The notes under the pieces are model-generated. The model had not been told where the DNA came from and searched no databases. It worked only from the letters and a program-made list of their open reading frames with translations. The position numbers and the translations under genes are program-made. Shown piece after piece: positions 1 to 14,834 of a DNA stretch of 64,000 nucleotides; position 1 is the first letter of the stretch; every line of letters begins with the position of its first letter. The stretch is from Eledone cirrhosa (taxonomy: Eukaryota): NCBI GenBank assembly GCA_964016885.1, contig OZ024746.1, positions 9,982,001-10,046,000 of the forward strand. Reading direction: 5' to 3'.

Positions 1-1042
1 ATTTATCCCACACATATTTTAGACTTTTTTATATTATTTTATAGTTCTCTGTTTCTATTTTCTTTCTCTTTATAACTCCTTCCCTTACCACAACCACTCC
101 AATCACCATTATTTTTATGTCGTTCATTTTGTGACACTTCATTACAGACATCTCCTCTCCACATGTTTTCCTCTTAGAATGAAATGATATTTTTTCTATA
201 ACAGAACTACTTAAATTTCAAGAAACCTTTATTTTAATAACAAGATCTCCTATTCTTTTTCATCGAATATTTAATTAATATTGGCATGTTTAATTTGAAG
301 TTAATATAGTTTTTATTGTTACCAATATGATACTTTTGTTGGTTTGCTTTTGTTTTTTTTTGTCGTTGTTGATTTTTGTTTTCTAAAAAAATCAACAAAA
401 GTGAAAAATAGAGAAACCAATAATGAATTTTCTAGAAGAAAGTTAATTACTAAGTTCCTGGTTTATTTATTTTCTAAATTAATGAAGAAATAATCATGTA
501 ACAACCTTTTCCAGATTAAATTGAGAAAAGGTTAAAAAACAAACCTCAGTTAAACTATTTATTGAATTGTTTATTTATTGATTTCGATATTTTTGATATT
601 TTTGGGGGGATTCTTGTTTGTTTTTGTTCTTGGTTTGTTTTATAGTTAATTATTGTTTTGAAAGTCTTATATGGACATACATAATAACAAAACAGTGAAA
701 TGAAAAGACACAAGAAAGTAAATTACATCATTAGCAAAGCTACTGACAGTCTATCTCATGTATATAACAAAGAATTATGAAAGCCACAATGTTAACCATA
801 TGTTAAACAAAGAATTATAAAATATTAGATGTGAAATCCAGAAGGAGAAGATTTAAAACCTTGAAAACATTTGTAAAACTACTTAGGTCAGCCAATGATG
901 ACACTATAAGTCACTTCCATAAAACTAGAGCTTCAACAAACTTCATCACTTCTGCATTAGATTTAAACTTAAGGTTGATTATTTTGCAATCCCACTCTTT
1001 GTGAAATTGTATGCATAGTATGTGCACATGCACATGCATATA

Positions 1043-1660
1043 CAAGCTTGCATGCTCCGATAGTTGTGTAATAATGATAAACGTGAACAGCAAAGCATAA
1101 ATGAAGAGAGAGAGAAACTGGGCATAAGAGAAATCAGATGCAATGTGCAGGAGAGGAGATTGCGTTGGTATGGACATGTAATACATATGAAGAATGACAG
1201 CTGTATAAAAAGGTGCAGAGCATTCAAAATCAATGGAAGCCTTGGAGTGAGGAGAACCAGGAAGACTTGGGACGAGGTGATAAAAGATAACCTTGCCAAA
1301 CTGCACCTCTCAAAGATGATGACACAGGACCAAAATATCTGGTATTATGCAGTAATACAGAACATCCACCTTGCTACGGGCACAAGCTGAAACATATATA
1401 TAGTATGCACTACCCCACCCCACCCATACATCTCATGAGGACAGACTGAAGTATATCCAGTGAAGCCTCCAACCTACACTATAAAGTGGTTGTGATGGCA
1501 ACACAGCAAAAAGTACCCAGCCCACATTGTAAAGTGATCATGTAGGTGTCATGACAAAAAGCACCTAGTCCATACTGCAAAGTGGCCATGTAGGCATCAC
1601 AACAAAAAGCACCCAGTCCACTCTGTAAAGTGGTTGTGTAGGCATCACAACAAAAAGGAT
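1043..1660 (+). mobile_element. RTE-clade LINE 3' fragment (ORF C-terminus plus 3' UTR with ~48-bp repeats)
   Basis: RRLRWYGHVIHM...GVRRTRKTW, homologous to 41521-41855; UTR units gcacccagtccacactgtaaagtgg... Confidence 0.85.
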
Positions 1661-2305
1661 TAACCAATGGGTTGTGAGTAAAATTTGATCAACAGAAAAT
1701 GTACAGAAGCCCATCATATGTGGGGTGGGTCATGAATAGCAATGGCTATTTTTAGAAATAATGGTTAGAATAGACAAAAATGTTGATTTGATTAAGTATA
1801 AGACTATTTCTTTAGAGTAAAATGCTGACACCCCTGGCCTGTCTAGGGTGTCAGTAGCCCTGCGTCAGTACTGACTTGGTCTATGTCGACTGCTAGCTGG
1901 GTAGGTGGATGTTATATGATGATGATAATGATTCCTGAAGTAGATTGTAAGAAACTGATCTATTTAATATGATCTGACTGAATGTTATATTTCTGTTCAG
2001 TCACCACAAGGACTTGATTACAGAAAAGATATGTATATTGTTTCAAATAGCTTAAGAAGAAAACAGATAATTTACAAAGACAGTAAAGAATTTCAGAATA
2101 AAGGCTTACCTTTTTTTTTGTATAAAAGATATCATCTTTCAAACCTACTACTGTGTCAGATATGTTTTACTATTTTGAAAAGAAGAAACAGTAGGTTTGA
2201 GAGAAATCATTTGAGATAATATATCAACTACACATGCTTTTAAAACTGATGACAAAGGAATTTCAATTTTTCCAGATTTATTGTAGAAAAGTTAGAACTT
2301 TGTCT

Positions 2306-2405
2306 TCAAGTTAAGCTTATCATGCAAAGATCAAGTTAAGCTTATCATACAGAAATCAAGTTAAACTTATCATGTAGAAATCAAGTTAAGCTTGTCATGC
2401 AGAGA
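2306..2405. repeat. Minisatellite, 4 x 25 bp
   Basis: Unit tcaagttaagcttatcatgcagaaa starts at 2306, 2331, 2356 and 2381. Confidence 0.9.
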
Positions 2406-2883
2406 GTTGGAAAGATTCAAATTATGTGTTTAGTTTCATATTTAAATCATTAGTTATTAAAATTGAATCTTTAACTTGATAATTATTTCAAGATACATGC
2501 AGATTTATTATACTTTTAATTAATTTTAATGAATATCTATGAATAATAAAATATAATATTAGTCACACTGTTTGAGGAAGGGTGCATTAATATAAATTAG
2601 TGTTAATGCATAAGAATCTTTTTAGGGGGATTATGGGAGATACTGCCTCATTTAGAATATAAATAACCCTGTCATTTCATATTTATGTTGTCAATGTTAG
2701 GAAGGGCATCCAGTTGTAAATCTCTTGTTCCAAAGATTCTTACAAATAACTTAATCTTTAGTTCTATCTAAATCATGCCAATATATTTCAGAAAAAATAT
2801 ACATCAAATCTATAAAAGTTGTTTTGAAAATTATTTGGTAAAGATCAATATTTCTATTCATTATTTTGAAATATCATGTTTAA

Positions 2884-3096
2884 CTCTTAAAATCCTGTAC
2901 CACATTAAAGAGATATCCTTGAAAAGTTCAAAATAGCACTATGACTATCACACTAAAAATTGAAGACTTTAATCGAATCTAATACTGCAGATTTGTACAT
3001 CGATCTGTCAGTCCACTAGTAAAGATACTATAAACATTTAAGTTAACAGACCCATTATTAAATACTTCTTAGTAAATCATTACAGGATGTTAAGGG
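2884..3096. mobile_element. piggyBac-like MITE
   Basis: TTAA on both sides; TIRs ctcttaaaatcctgta / tacaggatgttaaggg. Confidence 0.65.
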
Positions 3097-3126
3097 TTAA
3101 ATGTATCATTCAATGTCTTTTCACAG

Positions 3127-3416
3127 AAAAGAAAATGTTAGCATTGCCTTCTGCAGGTGCAACAGATACTTTGACTTCCTCAATGCATATGTGTTTATCA
3201 CGAGAACTAGCAGCAATTCCTCTGCCAGATGGCCCAGGCAACCCCCCTATCATCACACATACAGCGGCAACACCCATGGCCACACCCCAAGGTTCCCCGA
3301 ACGAGATGCTTACCAAAGACACGAACAATAAATTATCAGTTATAAGACCAGTACTTCAGCGCCAAACAACAGTCCATCGGAGTTCTTTATCAGTTGAATC
3401 CTCGGACAGATCATCA
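3127..3416 (+). CDS. Cav3: Internal exon of voltage-dependent T-type calcium channel alpha-1 subunit (Cav3; CACNA1G/H/I family), proximal II-III linker
   Basis: Acceptor ttttcacag| (AG 3125-3126) and donor |gtaagt at 3417; phase 1 in, phase 0 out. Encodes KKMLALPSAG...PPIITHTAATPMATPQGSP...SSDRSS, which matches the Cav3 II-III linker motif (human Cav3.1 PPLIIHTAATPM, recalled). Confidence 0.88.
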
Positions 3417-4243
3417 GTAAGTGACCATTATCTCTTTCTTTCTTTTTTTTTTCACTTTCTTTCTCTTGTTCTTTCATATTCTTTTCTTTATTTTTTATCT
3501 TTCATTTTTTCTGTTTAGTTTTCTTTGTATAATTCATATATATATATACATATATATTTATATATATATATATATATATATATGTCCATGTGTGTGGAAA
3601 TATATTATATTATATTATATTATATATTGTATATAGGTAGATGACATTGTAACTGGTATATCTCGAAGTTTCCTGATTGTGAGTGATCATTGTAGTTATA
3701 TACATGATGCACTTTTTGCAATTGTATATATAGAGAGTATATTCTGGTGACTCTGTATTGCATGGTGTGTCTGTTTATATATATATATGTGTGTGTGTGT
3801 AATGTATATTTATAAAACGACAACAGAAGGCTGGACTGGAAGATATGCTTTAAAATGTTAATTCTGTGAAATCACTATACATATTTCAATTGTGCAGCTC
3901 CATCATCCAATTATGATGCAAGACGAGACAATCTCATCAGGTAACTTTGACAAAATTACATAACAGGATTATGTTAAACCCAAACTTATGGAAGATAGGA
4001 AAACGAGAATCAGAAATTGAAAATGATGTATATATATATATAGTGTATTTCTATACAGCCTATTTTCTTACCTGTATGCATAAAGGGTATATTTTTGTAC
4101 CTTTTGATATTTGGATTTTCAGTTTTTAGTCTTCATTACATTTTATCCAAATCTTCAGATATTTGGTGGATTGTTTCCCCTTCCAATCATTATCTAGTCA
4201 ATGAAGGAATCATTAGGTTCCGTTCACTATATTTTTCTTGCAG

Positions 4244-4482
4244 GTTTCACTTAGTTTCCGAGGTTCACCGAGACCATCTCCCCGTCTCCGTCGTACAAGC
4301 AGTCGAGGAAGTACACGAAGCAGTTGGCGCTTGAAACACAGAAAAAAAGAAGGTGACAAGACTAATCTAATGATTGACAGTCCATCTGACAGTACAGATG
4401 AACTTGAAGATGATGTCTTCAGTAACAAGTCAATATCTCCGATATACAGCCCAGGAACACCAAAATCTGCCACAAATCATAG
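4244..4482 (+). CDS. Cav3: Internal exon of Cav3 T-type calcium channel, II-III linker
   Basis: Acceptor tttttcttgcag| and donor ag|gtcagt at 4483. Phase 0 start matches the previous exon; ends in phase 2. Encodes VSLSFRGSPRPSPRLRRTSSRGSTRSSWRLKHRKKEGDK...DELEDDVF...KSATNH, a basic Ser-rich then acidic pattern as in Cav3 linkers. Confidence 0.85.
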
Positions 4483-4914
4483 GTCAGTTGAATATTAATG
4501 ATGCAACTGTTTCTATCACCGCTTATTCTATCACATAATTATGTCTCTCTATGTCTCTCTCTTTTTTTTTTTACTAATTCTTTTTTTCTATTTTTTTTAT
4601 TTTTGTTTTTATTTTTTGGCTTTCATCTCTCTTCTCTGACTATCTACAAATAGCACAATATTCTTGATATAAGTTCAGAAGTCTGACATTATTAAGCTGC
4701 TATGTCAGTCATCTAGTTATCTAAGCTAACACCTTTCTCAACAATCTGATTAAGTATGCGACTTGCTAATGTAAAAATCGATCTGCGATGATGTTTTCAG
4801 CAACTATCTCTGAAGGTCCTGCAGCTTTTCTGATTCTCATGCCTGTTGTTAACCCCTTTAGTTATAGTTTCTAACAGAGCCCTCTGTTAAATCTATTCTC
4901 ATTATATCCTCCCT

Positions 4915-5133
4915 GAAGGTGGTGGATTGACAGTATTGGTAGAGCGTTGGACACCATGCTTTGTGGCATAGAGTTACAGTCCTTTACGTTCTGATTTCAA
5001 ATCCTGCAGAGGTTAGCTTTGCCTTTCATCCTTACAGGGTCAATAAAATAAAGTACCAGTAAGCACTAGAGTCAATTTAATCGACTTTTCCCTCTCCCCA
5101 AATATTTCTGGCCTTGTGCTTAAAGTCAAAACA
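4915..5133 (+). mobile_element. tRNA-derived SINE, family A
   Basis: Head ggtggattgacagtattggtagagcg, B-box-like ttcaaatcc, body gcctttcatcc..gtcaataaaataaagtaccag; ~14-bp TSD attataYcctccct. Confidence 0.8.
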
Positions 5134-5661
5134 ATTATACCCTCCCTCTTACACCAACAATATTTGATCAAGAGTTCACTCTTATTCCTCTCTCTTCATT
5201 AACAATGAAAGCAAATGCGTTTATACTTATATAAAATTATTTTACTCTTTCATGTCCTGTTATGAGTTATCTTCATTCAGTAACTCATTATATATGTATA
5301 CTGGTAATAAATAAATTATATGATAATCTCAGTAATAATAGTGTTGACAATGTCTCACATCAGCAGAAAGCCATGGGTATGTAGAAGGAGCACTTAGTCA
5401 ATCAAATCAACTGTAGTATATGACTAGTATTTATATCTTGAAGTCAGAAAAATAAAGGATTAAGTTGACTCTAATTCAGTGTCTAAATAAAAGAAAATGT
5501 AAACTATGACAATTATTTCAATGCTTTACCATTTCTTCTATTCCACCACTCTATATAATTATTATCATTATTGTTGTTGTTTCTATTATTTAGCCTCAAT
5601 GGCCAATCACAGACATCGTCATTCGTAAATACAATTACTCAAAATATAGAAAAATGTTTAA

Positions 5662-5865
5662 CCCTTTAGCATTTACATTACACTATATATACTCATTTTT
5701 GTGGTAAAGGCTTTATCTCACATAATATCCCACATAATATCGAATCTATGAGATTATGATATTATTTATTTTGGGGACAATACCTTAACATCAGTATGAG
5801 TGGCCAGTTACAGCCAGTTTGAAAAGAAAGAGGTGAGAGATATGGCCGGTTTAAATGCTAAAGGG
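5662..5865. mobile_element. piggyBac-like MITE
   Basis: TTAA TSDs; TIRs ccctttagcattta / taaatgctaaaggg. Confidence 0.8.
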
Positions 5866-7704
5866 TTAAGGATGAACAAGACAAAGTTATACAAAATTAA
5901 AGGGATTCAGAGGCATTAAATAAAGAAGACATTTCTAAAATTTTAGTGTGTGATAATAATCAGGTATTGTTTTTAACAAAATTCTATCATTTGAGGTTTT
6001 CCTGTATTCCAGATCTAATTTGTCTTCAGTTACTAGGACATCTCTAAAAAAATCCATTGCACCTCTTTGTTTATGAGAGGTTTCGTTCTTTCTCAGAGTA
6101 CCATAAATCTTTGTTGTTTTCGACTTTGTCATCATCTGGTTGTGTTTTACATGCTTTTCAATCAGGTTTGACTTTCCTCCTCTCTTGGTTTCTTTTTATT
6201 TTATTTTATGGTACTTTTCTGTTCATCTCTGATCTCTTCATTGTCATAAAATAATGAGGTATTTCAGTTGGTTCTAAGAAAAGAAAGCGTCTGTTTTTTT
6301 GTTGGAGCAGTGGTCACTGGGTTCTGTGGTTCTTATTGACATTCTTTTTGATTTTCAATTATTTTGGGGAGTAAGTTTTCAAGAGACGTCTGCTACAATA
6401 AATATAACAACTGGATGTTCTGCTCTGAACCATGGTCTCCATGATTTAGTTTCTGCACCCATGATGGCAGAGATCTGGAATAGTCTTGTGTTCTTTAGCA
6501 GTGATAAGGACTTGCAAGACCATACTGACCCTCTCCAAACATATTCTTTTGTGACTTCCATACTTACTAACCAACAATATTGCTTCACAAAGATAAAGAC
6601 AAGTCTGAGGTTGATGTTACCACAAATGCCTGGATGCCATTTTGTGTTAGGTCAATGTAACACAATACATTAAACCTGCTAAATAGGATTGGGAGGACTC
6701 CTCAGCTGTGTCAAGGACATGACAACTTCCCTAGTGTTGGTGTCACAATAAAATGCTCTCAGTAGAGCACAGCATTGTGTGTCAAGCCCCCAGCCTAACT
6801 GGAGGTCAGTAGTTCTACTTTACTGACCAGTCTGTGGCTTGTCCAACTTTTACTAGCAGGAAAAAATGGATGCTAAATGATGTTGATGAGGATGATCCAT
6901 GCATTGAATTGATGAACAGGTTTTTTTGCTTTGCCCTCAATCTTGAAAAGCAGGTCTGTTTTACTGTAGACCTTATCTCAGTCTTGAAATACTGCTTTAT
7001 ACATCACTCACAGCTTTCCTCGAGTGCTCTTTTGAACTTATATTAAAACCTGTTCTACTTTTAGTGAGACATGGATATGTAAGCTTTCTCTTTTCCTGTT
7101 TCCAAATAAATTCTTCTTTTAAGGAGACACAAAGTTGGCTGAGGCAGTGTTACAATTATTCCTTCTATGCTTTCATCTTATCTATATTTAAGAACTCTCT
7201 CTTGGAAGTGATGTAGGCAAAAATGTTCTTTCTTTTTTTTTCATTTATAATTCTGTTTCACATTGGTGGTGACATTGTTGTTGCTATTATCAAGTAACAA
7301 ATTAAAGTCACTTTTTGAGCTCAAAAAGTCAATATTTCCTTCTTATGAAAGGTCTATGTGATTATGCGAAATATCCATGTCCTTTGTCTTTTATGTGATA
7401 TTTACAGCAGTATTTTGAGTGGGTGGATTCCTCAGTTGTCACCATGATGTTAAAAAATACAACAGAAGTCAAAACACAACTAAATAAAATTACTTTTTGT
7501 GCTCAAAAGGGGCAGAAAATCTAAACAAGAGTTCTGTAATGATGCACACACAAAGCAGAAAAAAATTCCTACACTCAAAACCAGCTAATCCAAATTTATG
7601 AGAGTCAAAATAAACATGTTTCAACAATGCAAGGATAATGAATGGTTAATAATAATAATAATAATAATGATGATGATGATGATGATGATAATTTTGATAA
7701 TAAT

Positions 7705-8340
7705 AGGAGAGTGGGAGCAGTTCTGAAATTGGAGCTAAATGCACATGACAAGGTGTTAGCCATAAATTCCTTAGCAGTTGTTAGTTATAGCTTCAATGGG
7801 TTAATTGGAATATCAGTGAAATAAAGAGAATTGACACAAACATTCTTAAGTTGCTGACTTGTAATAAGATGCACCACCCATAGTCAGATCTAGATGTTCT
7901 TTATCTCTACAGAACTCAAGGAGTTCAAAGTTTGCCTCAGTTTGAACTCTCTTCAAAACCACTGCAAACAACTGGATACTGAAACTCACTGGAAAACATG
8001 AGAGGAGTAAAAATCTTCATTTTATCTTGAAAGAAAGCTAACAATTTGCTACTGATCTCATGACTGATATCCAGGCTAAGAAAAAGAGGCATGAATAATT
8101 AACATTGAAGTGGGATCAGAAAACTCTTCATGGAAAATATGTGGCCCTTAGCAAACAAGCTGATGTTGACCAGAAGCACTCCCAATCAGTGGCTACATAG
8201 CTCAGGACTAAAGGCAGAATAGTAAAAGGTTGGATGCATGGCTTCAGAAGTTATGAATTACCATCAGGGCGGGATTGTTGCAGAAAACAACCATGCTAGC
8301 AACAGCAAGGATTCTATGTAGGGTGTTAGAAATTTGAAGA
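7705..8340 (+). mobile_element. Degenerate R4/Dong-like non-LTR retrotransposon fragment
   Basis: Broken frames read LELNAHDKVLAINSLAV..YSF, IDTNILKLLTCNKMHHP*SDLDVLYL and W.QKTLHGKY; abuts (AAT)n/(GAT)n at 7648-7703. Confidence 0.6.
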
Positions 8341-10166
8341 AGGAATGACCCAAAGTTTGAAACCAGATGTTTCATGCTATCTGTGCTCATCAGCTAGTTG
8401 TAAATATATAATGTTGTGCATGACCCATGACTTTGAAACAATGTTAAATGTAGATTCTTCTAAAGTCAACATAAATGGTGGTGCCCCAGCATGGCCTCAG
8501 CCTATCGGCTGGAACATGTAATAGAGTAATAGAGCAATATTCTAAAAAACTGAAACTTCCCATAAAACCCATGAAATTCACCAAAATACTTAGAAATATC
8601 ATGCAGGATGATTGGATGATTTTCATTTCATTATGCATGCCATGGAAATCTCCCTCTTTCGCTAAAGAAGGGGAATATATTAATAAAAAGATGAAACAGA
8701 TAATGTTACCTTGGACAGCTGTGAAAAATTTAGTAGATTTATTTATTCTCATCACCCTAAGGAGCCTGTTTGTTTGTAATAGGATGGCTTTAGACATCGA
8801 TGAAGAGAGTATGATTTGAAGTTGTTTTCGTTGTGTAGTTCTAGCTTAACCCCAATTGAGCAGATCTATGATCAAAGGAATTCCAGTCAGCAATATCCTG
8901 TATGTTTAGGGTTATCTAAAATTATCACAAATTGCAATATATGTATGTGTGTTTGTGTGTGTATGTGTATGTGAGTGTCTGTCTGTCTGTATGCACAGAC
9001 ATAGCAGTGTGTCTGTGTTTGTATGTATGTATACACAGGCATGGCTGTGTGTCTGTTTTTGTATGTGTGTATGTATACACAGGCATGGCTGTGTGTCTGT
9101 GTTTGTACGTGTGTATGTATACACAGGCATGGCTGTGTGATTAAGAAGTTTGCTTCAGGTTCTATTGCACTGCCTGGTTCCTTCAGAAACTATCTTCTAC
9201 TTTAGTGTCAGCTTGAGCTTGTGAGTGAATTTGGCAAACAGAGATTGTAAATATGCATGTGTGTGTCTATGTACATATATTTGTGAGTGTGTGTGTGTGT
9301 TTGCTGACCAAGCTTTATCAACTCTACATAAAGCAACCAGGGACATTTGTTTATGCTCTGCATAAGCAAGAGATTCTGCAGTATAGCATTTTGATCAAAA
9401 TGAATGACATATACCATCCTTATAAATAATGTATGTGTTGAGATGAGAAAGGGCATTGAACCATAGAACATTTTCCCAAAAAGGCTCATCCAACCCATGC
9501 CAGCATGAGTAAAATTGATATAAAACACAATGATGACGATGATATATGTGTGTATGTGTGTACATACATGCATACATATATTCTTATGTACACATGTACA
9601 TACATACATACATACATACATACATACATACATACATACATACATACATACATACATACATACATACATACATACATAGACACATAGATACACACACATA
9701 TACATACATACACAGATTCATGTACTGAAAGTTAAGTACTTTATTTAGTTTTAAAAGCTGCGTAAGAATTGTTTGAACTGCCCAACCAACTTGCATAAAA
9801 ACGGAAAGGCATAAACATTTCTTTTTCCGACACTTTGATGCAATTGTTTAAGCTATAATAAATAATCAAAGATATCCTTCAATCGATAATCAGATCTGTT
9901 GGTTATTTGCCAGATTATATGATATCTGTAGATATCTAACTGCCAGATCAACCGAAGCATGTAGAATTGAATGTCTTGCTTAGAAACACACACAAAAACT
10001 GTAATAAAATTGTGTTCCCATGATCTGGCTGTTTAATTACTAATCTTTTTAACCTTTTCACCTCACATTACACATTAATCATTAAATATATGAACCAGTG
10101 AGAGAGAGAAAGCATATATGTGGTCATTTGAATTGCTAAAACTAGAAGCCAAATTTGCTGCCTCGT

Positions 10167-10545
10167 TTATTGTCCCTGAAAGAATGAAAGGTAAAGTTGA
10201 CCGCAAGGTATTCAATCTGATGCACAAATGATCCTGCCAACTGACTATTTTTGTTGTTTAGCCTATGATCAACCCTGATTGAGTTAATCTATAGTTCAAG
10301 GCATTCCATCCATGACCAATCTGTCTGAGTGTATATAAGATTACATCATCCAATGTGCCCTCCCTTTTTTTAAGGTTATAATTCATGGTTGGAATGCCTT
10401 GAACCATAGATCAACTCAATCAGGGCTGATCGTAGACTAAACAATAAAAATGGTCAATTGGCAGTATCTTTTATGTTTCAGATTAAATACCTTGTGGCAT
10501 TTGTTCTCTGGTCAACTTTACCTTTCACTCTTTCAGAGTCAATAA
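10167..10545. repeat. Imperfect inverted repeat, ~150-bp arms, ~67-nt spacer
   Basis: 10167-10315 is the reverse complement of 10383-10545, with scattered mismatches and one indel. Confidence 0.9.
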
Positions 10546-11718
10546 TTAAAGTACCAGTCAAGGGTGGTGGATTGGCAAACACTGCCTGACATTGCTACTT
10601 TATTTATCGACCTATAAAGAAGAAAGGCAAAGTTGATTTAAACTCAAAATGCGAGGAGCTGAAATAAATATCAGAAGGCACTTCCCTCTGCTGCTCTAAC
10701 AAGCCTGCAAATTAGGCACCTTCCTCACCTAATAGACTGAGTGGTGAGATAGATGGTTTAGTCACTGGCCATAAGACAAGTTATACTGAGTTATATGATA
10801 CCAGTAGCATGTAGAACTTGATCTGTTCTATTTTTTTGACACCAAATTGTTTGAAATGGCCCCGGCTTCAATGATACATAACTGTTTCTTTTAAAATGTT
10901 TATATTTATCTAAAACACCTTCCATAATAATTTTATGTATGAACCTTTGTTAGGTTCCAAACACCAGCTTAAGTATGAGAACGTTGGCTATATTACTAAA
11001 TCTCTCCAAATTTAGGAATATTTTCAAAACTATTTGAAAACCATGGGTAGTGGTTTTCATTAAAAATACTGTCACAAAAGGATTAATTTATGAATATAAC
11101 ATACTGCTATTTCCCTTATTTTATACCAACTAGCCCAAAACCACTTCTGGTTCTATAAAACAAAACCATCTATTGTAATGGTTTCATATTTAAATTAAAA
11201 TCTTCCAACATAATTTGATTTATGAACTTTTTTCTTATGTTACAAATAACATTTTAATAATGAAATAATTAATAATTTTTGTAAATCTCTCCAACTTCTT
11301 TAATAGTTAATTCAAATACTGTACATTTTATTAGAAAGTTGGTCATGAAAGGGTTAATAAACATCTAGTATTTATATTATAAAATGATGTTAAATTTTAC
11401 AGCTATTTTCATGGACAATGTGTAATATTCTATCATAAAGTATTCTACTGCTTGTCAGACGAGAAGAGAGACTAATTTATCAATCAAATCCTTCATGCTG
11501 AACCACCATTATGATTCTGCAGAATATTTTTTCTAGTGCTGTTTCATGTATTTTTATCTGAGTATGTCTGTGCAATATAAATCTAATGTGGCTTTTCTTG
11601 TATGTATGTATATATCACACACACATGTGTGTGTATATAAATATATATATATATATATACATACACACATGTAAAATATATATATACACACTTTTATATA
11701 TACATATATATATATATA

Positions 11719-11835
11719 GTAATAATAATAAATTTGAAGACTAAAATTAAAAGAGGGCTCGATAAGTTAGTTTCAGAAGATTCCGTTAAGGGTGAAAGCA
11801 GCGATTCTTTGCTTAAACTTTAATCTGTTATTTTA

Positions 11836-11840
<5 letters not shown>
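11719..11840 (-). mobile_element. Short insert in (TA)n, internally deleted copy of the 58432-58651 element (putative Penelope-like pLTR remnant)
   Basis: Shares ccgttaagggtgaaagcagcgattctttgc...aataaa and aagagggctcgataag with 58432-58651. Confidence 0.6.
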
Positions 11841-11897
<57 letters not shown>

Positions 11898-12041
11898 GTA
11901 AAATATAAATATACACACCCACACACTTTTATATATATATATATATATATATATACATACACACACAAATACACACATGTAAAATATATATATATATACA
12001 CACACACACACACTTTTATACAGAAATTTACATATATATAT

Positions 12042-12540
12042 ATCATCATTGCTTAATTTCTAATTTCCATGCTTGCATGGGTTAGATGGGTTGCCATGTT
12101 CTGAGGCTAAACAAATCAGGTGGGCATATCTTGCTCATATGTTCCATTTTTAGTTTGGTTTCTACATTATGATGCTGACCACTTTACTGTATGTGCTGAA
12201 GGGATGTCCTTCATAACACCAACCACTTCATATCGTGTACTGGGAACATTTTATTGTGACGCCAACACTACCACCTTACAGGATAGACTAAGCTCTTTTG
12301 TCATGGCACAGGCACTACCACTTTGGGCTAGGGGCATTTTTATCGTAGCATCATCAGTGGCAAGGTATTGATAGGGGTAAGGGAGGAGGGGGTCATATCA
12401 TCATGAGAGAAGAAGCGTTGAGTCATGTAGGTAACCTTGAAGAGAGTGAGTTATGTATAGTGTTATATTGTGACACATACCTTGCTCTTCATGCTGTCAG
12501 AGGTTGGTCAGGGAAGTGAATCAGGTATGAGGGTGGGAGA
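12042..12540 (-). mobile_element. RTE LINE 3' UTR remnant with (GAT)n tail
   Basis: atcatcatt...ttccatgcttgcatgggttagatggg is the reverse complement of the RTE tail; ~48-bp UTR units follow. Confidence 0.65.
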
Positions 12541-13448
12541 AGGACACATATTTTTTCCATGTTGACATGTTGTGCAGTACATGTTAATTGTGGATGTGGG
12601 AGGGTGTGAGATTAAATACAACATGGTGGTGGAGAGGACACTACTTTCCTTTTTCTGTGCTGGTACAGGTTGTGAAGGAAATAGGAGTGGCTGAAGAATC
12701 TGGATGGAGAGACATTTAGTGAATGGGAGGGATTAAAGTGAGGAAGGTGGGGAGAAGAGGGAAGTCTGTCTACCTCTTTCTTTGTTGAGTTAAAAAATAG
12801 GAATTGAAATAAAGGTGGAAATGAACAGAAGTATATTTTAAAATTTTCATTTTCTTTAATCCGACAAAACCAATATTTCCATATTTGGGTCAACAAGTAA
12901 AGTCAAGTTTTATATTTTTACCAGTTTCGACTATTTAGAAGTCACTTCAAAAAATATTATTATCAACTGTAATTCTTATATATATTGAATCAGTAAGGAT
13001 TTTCCAATGCTCACACACACATATATGTATATTTGGGGTGAGGTTGTGTGATTTGGGTAGATGGGGAGGAAAAGATGTGATTCCTTCTGATAGAAGTGTT
13101 GCCAAAAGTTCAAATTTGTTTGTTTCAAATTAATTCTGTGGTGTGTGTGTGTGAGAGAGAGAGTAAGGTTCTAGAAAAAGGCTGATTCCAAAATTTGTTT
13201 TGGTCTTTTGTAAAGATTTCCTGTATGTTCTTTTATTCGTTCATTTGCATATGTACATACATTCACACATGCACGCAAACACATGTATAGAAATATATTT
13301 GAACAGATTTACACATATCTATATACATTCATAGGATTGTTCACTCATGAACATACATATACATACATTCACATATACATATATACACATATACAGTTAA
13401 GCACACATACATATATATATAAATATATACCTTCATACATACACACAC

Positions 13449-13492
<44 letters not shown>

Positions 13493-13537
13493 GTATATAT
13501 ATAGACACATACATGTACATATACATAGAGTAACACA

Positions 13538-14277
<740 letters not shown>

Positions 14278-14834
14278 TTCTTCTTCTACAGCACTGAAAC
14301 ACAACTACATACCTGCATGGCTAAACATACACACTAGGCATATATTTACAAAGATAGGCAATGGACCTCCAGTTGTATCAAAGATGAGTATTCCAGTTGT
14401 TATATCAGCAGAACTACCTGTTCATTGAATTATACTGTACATGGTTGACACTAATAATCTTAACATAACCTACAGGCCACAATGACATGACACAATCGAT
14501 GACATGGCTGGACTTTTGAATTACTGATACAACCATCCTCTGGGGAAACTCCTCCTCTATTCTGTCTGCCTGGACCACAGGGCAGCCAGTGTATAGGCTT
14601 CCATTTACATATAATAGCAAGAGATGAGGAGAGAGAGAGAGAGAGATGGAGGTAGTGAGTGAAAGAGAGAGAACATCAACACACACACACACACACTTGA
14701 TAAGACTATGATAGAAGTTATTTTGAGGTGGAGATTCTGTACACTTCAATAGCTGCTCTATTATGCTTTTAGTTGAGATGAAATGATGAAAGTCATCAGC
14801 AGTGTTTATCACAATCATTTATCTACCCAACAGG

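Noticed and set aside
3087-3126. ORF-track start codons at 3087, 4238 and 53261 as gene starts
   Set aside because: They lie in intronic or MITE sequence upstream of clear splice acceptors.
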